Part shown: in pieces, positions 52,422 through 60,250 of the stretch
Layout of the letters: the number at the start of each line of letters is the position of its first letter
Position numbering within the stretch: position 1 is the first letter of the stretch
Assembly: GCA_039586815.1 (NCBI GenBank)
Contig: JBDHJR010000007.1
Coordinates: forward strand, 1,844-65,843
Direction: 5' to 3'
DNA from: Gemmatimonadota bacterium
GTDB lineage: Bacteria > Gemmatimonadota > Gemmatimonadetes > Gemmatimonadales > GWC2-71-9
Length of the DNA stretch: 64,000 bases
Position numbers and translations under genes: made by a program
Notes under the pieces: model-generated
The model's input: the letters and a program-made list of their open reading frames with translations, nothing else
What the model was told of the DNA's origin: nothing
Database searches by the model: none

Positions 52422-53779
52422 CACGGCCTCCCCACTCCATCCCCGACAGCGCTGTCTGCGGGAGATCCCGGCTCTACCGGCGTCGGCCCGACTCGTTCGA
52501 GCGGTGTGCTGGATCTCGCCGGCACCACCCGCTCCTGCCGCTCCACCTGCCCAATTCCCTCGGAGGGAGGCAACGAACCGATGCCCCGCCCCAGGGCCCA
52601 CAACATGACGAAGCCGCCGAAGAAGACCGCCCCGAGAGCGGCCACAACCGGGCGCTTGCGGATGTGTCGCTCCGGGCGTCGATCGAACAGGGGGAGGAGG
52701 AACAGGCTGAAACCCACCAGCGTAAAGGCCGTGAACCCCCACATCCCGAGATAGCGAAGCAACGCCAGCGACACGTCTACGGGCACCCAGGTGGAGACCA
52801 ATCGATCTGGTACCGTGAGGGGATCCGCCGGATTGCCGAACGGCCGCGGGAACAGCACGGCCAGGGTCACTACCAGCGCCAGGACCAGCACCGTCACGCT
52901 GAGTGACCTCAACAGGTGGTTGGGGAAGAAGGGCGTGCCCTGCTGCTCGGCCTCCTCCATCGCCTGCTTCAGAACTTCCTGTGTCGTTCCCACAGCACTC
53001 AGGCGCCACGGCGCCTTCTCTTCGTTTACTTCTACCGGCGGCGCGATGCCGCGGCGGCGCACGAGCGTGAAGTGGTACGAGAGCAGCGCCAGAGAGATCC
53101 AGGGAAGCACGATCACGTGTAGCGAGAAGAAACGGCTGAGCGTCGCGCCCGACACGATTACGTCACCCATGAGGGCATCAGCAATCACCCCACCGAAGAA
53201 CGGGAAGCCGGAGATCGCAACCAACACCTCGGTCACCGTCCAGTAGGCCCACTGATCCCAGGGCAGCAGGTAGCCGCTGGCGCCGAACGCCAGGACCACT
53301 CCCAGCAGGAGCAGCCCGACGGTCCAGTTGGTCTCCCGGGGGGGCTTATACGCCGCCTCGAACAGGACCCGCGCCATGTGCGCCAGAACGGCCAGAACGA
53401 TGAGGCTTGCGGACCAGACGTGGACGTGGTAGATCAGCCAGCCGAACGACACGTTCGACACGATGTGTTGCACGCTCGGGTTGGCCTCTTGCACCGACGG
53501 GCGATAATACAGCGCCAGCAACACGCCCGTGACCACCAGCATCATGAAGAGCACGTACGTGATGCCACCGAACATCTGGCGCCAGCCCACGTGGGGGTCG
53601 AGCCGGTACTTCAGAGCCTTGCGGAGTGCATCATCGATCCGCAGCCTGCGGTCGATCGGTCCGTAGATCAGCCCGAGGAACCGGGCGCCTCCCAGCAGGC
53701 CCGCATCTGCACTCGCCTTGAGGTCGTCCCACGTCTGGGAGAACCATAGGCTCGTGGCGTGCCACATCCGACGAATCAT
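52421..53779 (-). CDS. Cytochrome b (fused b6 + subunit-IV type), divergent: Qo PEWY motif absent
   Basis: …FGGITYVLFMMLVVTGVLLALYYRPS…FGWLIYHVHVWSASLIVLAVLAHMARV… has the heme His pair at H-x13-H. …TLSRFFSLHVIVLPWISLALLSYHF… has H-x14-H. In the position where the paralog 56113-57210 reads KPEWYF, this protein reads VSTWVP. Confidence 0.85.
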   Translation of the reverse strand: MIRRMWHATSLWFSQTWDDLKASADAGLLGGARFLGLIYGPIDRRLRIDDALRKALKYRLDPHVGWRQMFGGITYVLFMMLVVTGVLLALYYRPSVQEANPSVQHIVSNVSFGWLIYHVHVWSASLIVLAVLAHMARVLFEAAYKPPRETNWTVGLLLLGVVLAFGASGYLLPWDQWAYWTVTEVLVAISGFPFFGGVIADALMGDVIVSGATLSRFFSLHVIVLPWISLALLSYHFTLVRRRGIAPPVEVNEEKAPWRLSAVGTTQEVLKQAMEEAEQQGTPFFPNHLLRSLSVTVLVLALVVTLAVLFPRPFGNPADPLTVPDRLVSTWVPVDVSLALLRYLGMWGFTAFTLVGFSLFLLPLFDRRPERHIRKRPVVAALGAVFFGGFVMLWALGRGIGSLPPSEGIGQVERQERVVPARSSTPLERVGPTPVEPGSPADSAVGDGVGRP

Positions 53780-53780
53780 G

Positions 53781-54236
53781 CTATGACTCCGTCACGTAAA
53801 CTGTGCCGTCCCGTACGAACACCGAGTAGCGGGCGAGCGGTGCGGTGGAGAGGCCGGTCACGACGTAGCCGTGCAGGTCGTAGATCACGTAGGAGCAGGG
53901 CGAGAAGACGCGCGACGACTCGTCATCCCACTGGAGGATGCAACCGTCGCTGGGGGAAACGCCCTGCAAGGCAAAGTATGTGTCTTCCTCGACCCTAACG
54001 ACGAGGATCGCGCGCTCGCCCCACCGCACCAGCCGGCTTGCGCCGACCGGGAAGTCGGCCTGGCGCACCACGCGAAACGCAGGCTGCACCTGGGGGATCT
54101 CGAGGCGCTCGCCCGGTAGGACGTAGAGCCCGACACTCAGCCCGATGGTCGCGAGGATCAGGACAACGACCGCGCCGAGCAGGAGCTCGTTGAAACCGAG
54201 CCCCGAAGTCTTCTCCTCCGCACCGTCAGCGCTCAG
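53781..54236 (-). CDS. Rieske-fold protein lacking all four 2Fe-2S ligands (pseudo-Rieske subunit), probable N-terminal TM anchor
   Basis: Alignment with the canonical Rieske protein at 57212-57694:
[32 protein letters not shown]
GVSPSDGCILQWDDESSRVFSPCSYVIYDLHG
Box spacing is identical, but Cys/His/Cys/His are all Ser, while the two disulfide Cys are kept. The track ORF starts at GTG 54089. However, the frame stays open to 54329 and encodes a TM helix (LLLGAVVVLILATIGLSVGLYVL) with no ATG/GTG/TTG. I propose a CTG start at 54236, preceded by GGGAGGGGA. The 5' end is uncertain. Confidence 0.55.
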   Translation of the reverse strand: MSADGAEEKTSGLGFNELLLGAVVVLILATIGLSVGLYVLPGERLEIPQVQPAFRVVRQADFPVGASRLVRWGERAILVVRVEEDTYFALQGVSPSDGCILQWDDESSRVFSPCSYVIYDLHGYVVTGLSTAPLARYSVFVRDGTVYVTES

Positions 54237-54315
54237 CGCTCCCCTCCCTGGATATGAGCCTGGTGGCTCGTAGTCAAACCGTGCTAAGATTGGCAGACCC
54301 CTTCCGATTGTGCAA

Positions 54316-54347
54316 CCGGCCCCGCTCCCTCACGAGGGCGGGGCCGG
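54316..54347 (-). terminator. GC-rich stem-loop downstream of the nonaheme lipoprotein gene
   Basis: CCGGCCCCGC(TC)CCTC-AC-GAGGGCGGGGCCGG gives a ~14-bp stem with a 2-nt bulge. It lies 29 nt past the stop at 54376 and has no U-tract. Confidence 0.35.
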
Positions 54348-54375
54348 CGCCAACCTGTGTCTGCGGCGAATCCGT

Positions 54376-55944
54376 CTACTTCCGCACCACGCCCTCCGGC
54401 AGCACCCCCTGTAGCGGCGCCGGCAGCGGGTTGGTCACGCCGTAGTGCGCAGCTCCCTCGTTGATTGAGGCGATCATCAGGGCCCGGAGGAACTTGGGAT
54501 TGTGCACGCCGTTGCCGCTGGTGGGGTGCGAGCTGATGTGGACGACAGTGGCCGGGTTGACCCGAATGTAGAAATCCGCGAACCACGGCGCGTCATCGGT
54601 CGCCGCGAGCTGCGCATTCCACAGGACACCCTCCGCCGTGGTGAACAGCACGTCGCTCACGTCGAGGATGCTGCCCCCCTCCTGCGCGACGATGCTAACC
54701 AGGAGCCCGGTATCGCCCGCGTCCAGTGTGTCGTTGGCGTTGGCATCGTCCCACACCATCTCGAGGTAGCCGGTCAGCTCGGCCTTGAAGTTCAGGTACG
54801 CGGTCCGGGCGAAATCCTCGGAGATGTGGCACGGGAGACACGCGGTAAACCGCTGCGAGTCCACCGTGCAGTTGTGGCCCGGTACCGGGATGCCCTGAGC
54901 GTTGAGGCACGGGATGGCCTCGAACAGGTGTCCCACGCTCTCGAACACAAATTCACCGGTCGCCTGGTCGTTCACCGTGAACCGCTCCACGTGACACGTG
55001 GCACACAGTCGCTCGTTGAGGTCTTCGTCACCGTGCGTCGGTACCAAGCCGTCCTGCCAGTCGAGGCTGTCCGGCCACCACCCGATGTTCTGCGCCAGCA
55101 CCAGCGGTCCCTGCGCCGCATGCGGGCCGTGCGTAGTGGCCCCGGGTATCGTGCGGTTGTTATGGCACTTGACGCAGAGGTTGCGGTTCGAGCCGATGTC
55201 GATCGGCGATCGCAGCTGCGAGTCGTTGTCACGACTGTGCGGATCGTGACACGTGGCGCACACGATGTCGAACGCGCCTGTGCTGTCCTTCTCGACGTAA
55301 TTGGCGTTCTCGCCGAACTGGGCCAGCATGGCGATGCGGCCGTTGTGGCACTCCCCGCAGTCGCTGCGACGGGAGGCGAAGCTCGTGACGTTGCCGTGTG
55401 CCGACTGGGACCACTGTTCCACGAACGGAGTGTGGACACCCGTGTGGCAGTCGCCGCAGCCGTCACCCAGACCCACGCCGGCCTGGATCGAGGCGAGCGG
55501 CTGCGTGTTCCCGGGATTCACCATATGGTCGGCGCCGGGACCGTGGCAGTTCTCGCACTGCACGTCGTAGTAGGTGGCACGGCCCACGGTGTCGCTGGAG
55601 TCGAGCGCGTTGATCCCCGCCGGGGCCGTCAGCGCGTTACCGTTCTCGCTCACCGCGTGGCAGCCCTCACAGTAATCCGCGACGTGGCCCGAGTTCTGCA
55701 AAGATGCCCACGCGTGCGAGTGGCCCGTGCTTTCCCAGTCCTTGGTCTGATCGGCGTGGCAGTTGCCGCAGGTGGGCCAGCCGGCCTCAGCGTCGGCGTA
55801 GCCGAGGAACCCGTTCACGGAATCGGGCGGCGGGTTGAAGGGATCGCGCGTTTCCGGTGTGACCGTGTCGTCGGTACACGCGGCCATGGCGAGGAACCCC
55901 AGCGCGAACACAGCCAGGAAGGCTCTTCTTACGGAATGTGCCAT
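54376..55944 (-). CDS. Nonaheme c-type cytochrome lipoprotein
   Basis: MAHSVRRAFLAVFALGFLAMAAC|TDD contains a lipobox. Nine CxxCH motifs (CGNCH, CEGCH, CENCH, CGDCH, CGECH, CATCH, CVKCH, CATCH, CLPCH), then a ~170-aa heme-free C-terminal domain. I prefer the ATG at 55944 over the track start at 55962. Confidence 0.8.
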   Translation of the reverse strand: MAHSVRRAFLAVFALGFLAMAACTDDTVTPETRDPFNPPPDSVNGFLGYADAEAGWPTCGNCHADQTKDWESTGHSHAWASLQNSGHVADYCEGCHAVSENGNALTAPAGINALDSSDTVGRATYYDVQCENCHGPGADHMVNPGNTQPLASIQAGVGLGDGCGDCHTGVHTPFVEQWSQSAHGNVTSFASRRSDCGECHNGRIAMLAQFGENANYVEKDSTGAFDIVCATCHDPHSRDNDSQLRSPIDIGSNRNLCVKCHNNRTIPGATTHGPHAAQGPLVLAQNIGWWPDSLDWQDGLVPTHGDEDLNERLCATCHVERFTVNDQATGEFVFESVGHLFEAIPCLNAQGIPVPGHNCTVDSQRFTACLPCHISEDFARTAYLNFKAELTGYLEMVWDDANANDTLDAGDTGLLVSIVAQEGGSILDVSDVLFTTAEGVLWNAQLAATDDAPWFADFYIRVNPATVVHISSHPTSGNGVHNPKFLRALMIASINEGAAHYGVTNPLPAPLQGVLPEGVVRK

Positions 55945-56112
55945 CACGGACACCTCCCCCACATATCGTTGGCACCGACACCCCGTGCAGTTCGCGGGAC
56001 GCTGCTACTAATTAATGCGAGCAAACTAGTCGCGCAATAGAGGGCTTCCGACTAAAGAAACATTAATAGTCCGTTATACATTATCGACTTAGCCGCCCGC
56101 ACCGGCGCACCA
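55945..56112 (-). promoter_or_regulatory. AT-rich 168-nt gap inside the supercluster (candidate internal promoter/regulatory site)
   Basis: …CTACTAATTAATGCGAGCAAACTAGTCGCGCAATAGAGGGCTTCCGACTAAAGAAACATTAATAGTCCGTTATACATTATCGACTTA… (~56005-56092) is far more AT-rich than the surroundings. It separates bc module 1 from bc module 2. Confidence 0.35.
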
Positions 56113-57210
56113 TCAACTCGCAGGATCGGCCGTGTATCCGAGATAGGTCAACACGATGATGTAGACGATCATGGCAATCCCGATCCACGTATACAACCGG
56201 CTCGGCTCGCCTCGTGCGGAGCGTCGGTCGAGCAGCGGGATGAGCAGCACGAAGAGACCGGCCAGGCCGAACCCGATGATGCCTACGACCTCTCCCTCGA
56301 TTCCCAAGATGTGGGCCGGTAGGTACTTCAACGTCTGGAACGTGAACATGAAGTACCACTCCGGCTTGATGCCCGCCGGCGCAGGAGCGAACGGGTCCGC
56401 CTTGTCACCGAGATGCGCCGGGAAGTAGGCCGCCAGTGCCGCCAGCGCCGCCAGCGCCACGAGCCACCCGACCAGGTCCCGCAGCAGGAAATTGGGGACG
56501 AACGGCATTGCACCCTTGCTGCCTCCGCGCCGTTCGACGTCGAGCGGGACGCTCATCCCCTGCTTCTGCACGAGGAACAGATGAAGCCCTAGAATGGCGA
56601 CGGTGAGCAGCGGAAAGACAGCCACGTGAAACGCGTAGAACCGCGTGAGCGTGGCCCCTGTCACGTCGTCTCCCCCGCGCGCCACCCGCAGCAGGAACTC
56701 CCCGACGACCGGCACCACCCCGAGGATCTCGGTCCCCACTCGCGTCGCGAAGTATGCCAACTCGTTCCAGGGCAGCAGATACCCGGTAAACCCGAAGGCC
56801 AACGCTAGGCCCATGAGCGCCACGCCGGAGAACCAAGTTATCTCCCTCGGCCGGCGGTAGGCCTTCAAGAGCAGCACGCTGAACAGGTGAATGAACAGAG
56901 TGAAGATCATCAGGTTCGCCGCCCACGAATGGATCGAGCGGACCAACCATCCGAACTCCACTTCGGCCATCAGGAACTGCACCGACTCGTAGGCCTCCTC
57001 GGCGCTCGGTCGGTAGTAGAACAGCAACAGGATGCCCGTGGACACCTGGACGATGAACAGGAAGAGGGTCATCCCACCCAGGTAGTACCAGATCGTGTGC
57101 CGGTGGACCGGCACCTCCTTCTTCTTAGCGAGGGCTTTCAGGCCGGCCAGCCCGACACGCGCCTCGAGCCACGCCTCGCACTCCACCAACCACTTTCGCA
57201 ACCGCGCCAT
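56113..57210 (-). CDS. Cytochrome b (fused b6 + subunit-IV type), canonical
   Basis: …[28 protein letters not shown]…[25 protein letters not shown]… (H-x13-H), …[26 protein letters not shown]… (H-x14-H), and the Qo motif …[17 protein letters not shown]…. Confidence 0.9.
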   Translation of the reverse strand: MARLRKWLVECEAWLEARVGLAGLKALAKKKEVPVHRHTIWYYLGGMTLFLFIVQVSTGILLLFYYRPSAEEAYESVQFLMAEVEFGWLVRSIHSWAANLMIFTLFIHLFSVLLLKAYRRPREITWFSGVALMGLALAFGFTGYLLPWNELAYFATRVGTEILGVVPVVGEFLLRVARGGDDVTGATLTRFYAFHVAVFPLLTVAILGLHLFLVQKQGMSVPLDVERRGGSKGAMPFVPNFLLRDLVGWLVALAALAALAAYFPAHLGDKADPFAPAPAGIKPEWYFMFTFQTLKYLPAHILGIEGEVVGIIGFGLAGLFVLLIPLLDRRSARGEPSRLYTWIGIAMIVYIIVLTYLGYTADPAS

Positions 57211-57211
57211 A

Positions 57212-57694
57212 TCAGCTTTCCCTGCTCACGAAGATCTGATCGTCGCGCACGTTCACGACGTACGCCTCGAGCGGCGTCGGGGGTGGGCCCTCGATTTGCT
57301 GGCCATTGAGGTCGAAGTGCCCGTTATGGCACGCGCACCAGATATGGCCGATGTCCCCTCGATACTGCACGATGCAGCCCAGGTGCGTGCAGGCGGCCGA
57401 GAAAGCTCGAAATTCACCGGCACTGGTGCGCACCAGGATCCCCGGTCGGCTGCCAAACCTGAAGATCTGGGCCGAGTTGGGCGGGACGTCAGCGGGTGTG
57501 AACGGTAGCACTACCGAGGCCGCCGCGGACTCGCCCGCCGCGGGCGGCACGAGGTAGCGTCCCGTAGGGTAGAGTATCGCCAGTACCAGGCCGCCGACGC
57601 TGGTGCTGAGCAGCCACGTCGTCAACGTCCTGCTCAGCACCCAATCGATGAATCTCCTGCGAGAAGTCCCGCGCTCGGGGCCGTCTGCAGCCAT
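57212..57694 (-). CDS. Rieske 2Fe-2S protein (canonical ligands, Tat leader)
   Basis: Tat motif SRRRFIDW plus a TM helix. Cluster boxes CTHLGC and CACHNGHF. It lies 1 nt upstream of cytochrome b. Confidence 0.9.
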   Translation of the reverse strand: MAADGPERGTSRRRFIDWVLSRTLTTWLLSTSVGGLVLAILYPTGRYLVPPAAGESAAASVVLPFTPADVPPNSAQIFRFGSRPGILVRTSAGEFRAFSAACTHLGCIVQYRGDIGHIWCACHNGHFDLNGQQIEGPPPTPLEAYVVNVRDDQIFVSRES

Positions 57695-57710
57695 TCAGAG
57701 GTCCTCGGGT

Positions 57711-58994
57711 TCAGGTGGTGGGTTGTTCCCTGCTATCGAGCTCGCGGATCTTGAGCAGGAGCCCGACAATCAACATCCCGATGATGACCACCGAGATGGC
57801 CAATCCCATGCGTCGGAACTGGAGCCGCCCCGTTGCCTGTACCCCAAGCTCGTGGGCCGTCGCCGCGATCTCCAACCCCGACTCGACCTCGTCCTTCACG
57901 GCAATCACGTTGAACGAGTGCACGGCCGCTCGGGCGCTGATCAACGCGGTGCTCGCGCCGGTGAGCTCGAATTGCGCCTGGCTCACCTCCATGCCGGCGT
58001 CCTCTGCCCGCTCCAGAAGCGAGTCCGCCTCATGATGCGCCGTCGAGAGGGAGTCGATCAGGCTGCGCATCGCGCTGGCTACCTGGCCACCCGGGTCTCC
58101 GGAGGTGTGGCACCTGGCGCACACCGCTCCCTCCTCGAGCCCGAGTAGATCGTCACCGGGCCGCGTGATGTCGTGGTTGTTGTGGCACGTTGCACATCCC
58201 GGCACACCCAGCATCGCAAATGTCCGCGCGTGCCTGCTCTGCGCGAAGAGATCCGCCATCACGCTGTGGCACTGCCCGCACACGTTGCCGACCCAGGAGA
58301 TTCCGGGCGGGGCAGCGCCATGATTGCCGTGACAGTCGTTGCAGGTGGGTGCCGACAGATCGCCCCCTTCCGACATCGCCTCCCAATGGACGCTCCGCTG
58401 ATATCGCTCCAGTTGGTCGACGGGAATGCGATACGGCTCCATGTACTCGGCATCGGCATGACAGCTCGAGCAGGTCGCAGGTACGTTCAGCGGATTGACA
58501 CTCGAGAGCGGGTCCGTCGGCGGTCTGATGGAGTGCGCTGGGTGGCAGCTCACGCACGTCGCCGTCTTTGAATCGCCGAGCTCTATCAGCCGCCGACCGT
58601 GAACCGAGCTGGCAAATTCCGCCACCTGGTCAACACGAATCGACGGGTTATAGCGCCTCATGAACTCCGCGTTCGAGTGGCAGCGACCACAGAACTCGGC
58701 AACCTGCTCGCGCCCGGGCTTGGCGAGGAATCCCTTGGCCGGGTCCATGGAGGTAATCCCAGGATCCGTCGCATCGCCGCCGTGGCAGGCGACACAGCCA
58801 AATCCCCTCGCCGCATGAATGTCACTGGGAAACGCCCTCGCTGGATTGGAGAGCCGTTCGTCGCCCAGCACCAGGTGGCACGCTCGGCAGTTGTCCTCCG
58901 CGGCCTCCTGCTCTTGCGCAAGCACATCTGCCTGCGACGCGAACGTGGCAAGCAGACAGAGCGAGGCGAGCGTGCGGAGAGCCGAGCGCGACAT
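57711..58994 (-). CDS. Nonaheme c-type cytochrome with C-terminal membrane anchor (paralog of 51186-52421)
   Basis: Signal MSRSALRTLASLCLLATFASQADVLAQ. Nine CxxCH motifs (CRACH, CVACH, CGRCH, CVSCH, CSSCH, CNDCH, CGQCH, CATCH, CARCH). A helical region and the TM helix GLAISVVIIGMLIVGLLL follow. Confidence 0.85.
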   Translation of the reverse strand: MSRSALRTLASLCLLATFASQADVLAQEQEAAEDNCRACHLVLGDERLSNPARAFPSDIHAARGFGCVACHGGDATDPGITSMDPAKGFLAKPGREQVAEFCGRCHSNAEFMRRYNPSIRVDQVAEFASSVHGRRLIELGDSKTATCVSCHPAHSIRPPTDPLSSVNPLNVPATCSSCHADAEYMEPYRIPVDQLERYQRSVHWEAMSEGGDLSAPTCNDCHGNHGAAPPGISWVGNVCGQCHSVMADLFAQSRHARTFAMLGVPGCATCHNNHDITRPGDDLLGLEEGAVCARCHTSGDPGGQVASAMRSLIDSLSTAHHEADSLLERAEDAGMEVSQAQFELTGASTALISARAAVHSFNVIAVKDEVESGLEIAATAHELGVQATGRLQFRRMGLAISVVIIGMLIVGLLLKIRELDSREQPTT

Positions 58995-60250
58995 CAGTTC
59001 TCACGCCCCAGCGTCTGGAGATACGAAGACAGGTCCGCCATCTCGACGGTGCTGAACGTGGGCCAGGCCTCGCCTTCTATCATGGCTGCGTGGTTCCACA
59101 GTGCCGCCATGACCGCGGCGGGCGAGTCGAGCCCTTGAACCTGAGCCAGGTCGCCGGCCGCCGTGCCTCCTGTTCCTCCCACTGAATGACACTCCAGACA
59201 TCCCTTATCTCGCACGCGGCGCGCTCCTCGGGTCGCATTGCCTGCCTCGCCAAAGTACCGAACCGACGACAGATAGGCGACGAGATCCGCCATGTCTCCC
59301 GCGCTGAGCCGCGGGACCGAGATCCCACTCGTCTGGATCGCCTCGAGCATGGAGGGAGCCTTATTCCACATGGCCGCGGCGAAGTCGATCAGGCTCTCGT
59401 GCCGTCCCATTCTACCCAGGTCCGGTGCCAACATGCCAGTCTCACCATCGTCGCCGTGGCATTGGCTGCAGCCACGGTCCACGAAACGCTGGCGGCCCTC
59501 CACCGGACGCCCCGGGAGCACGTACAGCGGTGCAGTCGGCATCGCCGGAGACCACGACTCCAGGAAGGCGATGACATCCGTCAGCTCGGAGCCAGTGAAG
59601 GAGGGACGTCTGATTCCTTGAGCCCGCATCGCTTCGGTCATTGCCGGGCCGTGGTTCCACATCGCCGTGGCGATCTGGATCGGCGATCCGTACTGGCTCA
59701 GGAAGTCGAGGTCCGGCCCGGCGACACCACCAACTCCGGCGACCTGGTGGCAGAGCACGCAGTTCTTCTCGGTGAAGAGCTGCCGACCGCGCTCGATCTC
59801 GCCGGGAGGATCGAAGTAGTCGAGCCATACCAGAAAGGCGACCAGGTCGCCGGCTTCCCACGGATCCAGGTGTGGCCGCGCGATCCCGAGCTCATCCATA
59901 CGCTGCACCATCTGCGGGAGGTGATTCCACATCGCGGCGGCAAAGCCGTAGTAGGACTGAGGCTCGGAGGACCGCCCCAAGTCGGGGCCCACCGCGCCGC
60001 CAACTCCGTCGATGGCATGGCACCCGGCGCACCCCATGGCTCCGAAGAGCCGTGCACCTGCCGGCACGCTTTGGCCAGTTCCTTCCGGTATCTGCGAAAG
60101 CAGCGGCTGGAGCGGCCAGCCGAGCACCACGAGAGCGCCACACAGCGCCCGCACCGTGGCTCCCATGCTGTGTCTGATCATTGGCCACCGTCCTTCATGC
60201 TGAAGCCCAACTCGCACTGGCAGACCAGCACTCTGCAGCAGAGCCGTCAT
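58994..60250 (-). CDS. Cytochrome c with four tandem class-I monoheme domains
   Basis: Four ~100-aa repeats of G..LF…GC..CH…G.GG..GPDL……..A.MWNH...M…….P.…E..D..A(F/Y)L. The heme motifs are CAGCH, CVLCH, CSQCH and CLECH. The start is uncertain: 60250 directly abuts the upstream stop, and an alternative ATG lies at 60181. Confidence 0.8.
   Translation of the reverse strand: MTALLQSAGLPVRVGLQHEGRWPMIRHSMGATVRALCGALVVLGWPLQPLLSQIPEGTGQSVPAGARLFGAMGCAGCHAIDGVGGAVGPDLGRSSEPQSYYGFAAAMWNHLPQMVQRMDELGIARPHLDPWEAGDLVAFLVWLDYFDPPGEIERGRQLFTEKNCVLCHQVAGVGGVAGPDLDFLSQYGSPIQIATAMWNHGPAMTEAMRAQGIRRPSFTGSELTDVIAFLESWSPAMPTAPLYVLPGRPVEGRQRFVDRGCSQCHGDDGETGMLAPDLGRMGRHESLIDFAAAMWNKAPSMLEAIQTSGISVPRLSAGDMADLVAYLSSVRYFGEAGNATRGARRVRDKGCLECHSVGGTGGTAAGDLAQVQGLDSPAAVMAALWNHAAMIEGEAWPTFSTVEMADLSSYLQTLGREN

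Noticed and set aside
47212-52754. Long + strand ORFs (47212-48486, 49115-50089, 51675-52754 and others) across the cytochrome supercluster
   Set aside because: All are antisense to ORFs carrying dense, regularly spaced CxxCH motifs and signal peptides. Their translations are Arg/His/Val/Gly-rich without motifs.
52422-53009. 5' extension of the nonaheme ORF (track start 53009), and similar long N-terminal extensions at 44082, 46886, 49059, 42388, 39152, 37562, 36801 and 30718
   Set aside because: The extensions overlap the preceding gene or consist of Arg/Gly/Pro-rich sequence. In each case an internal ATG immediately precedes a clean signal peptide or conserved N-terminus and sits at or near the upstream stop codon.
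54502-56040. 512-aa ORF on the + strand
   Set aside because: It is antisense to the nonaheme lipoprotein gene, whose 9 CxxCH motifs and lipobox clearly identify the true coding strand.
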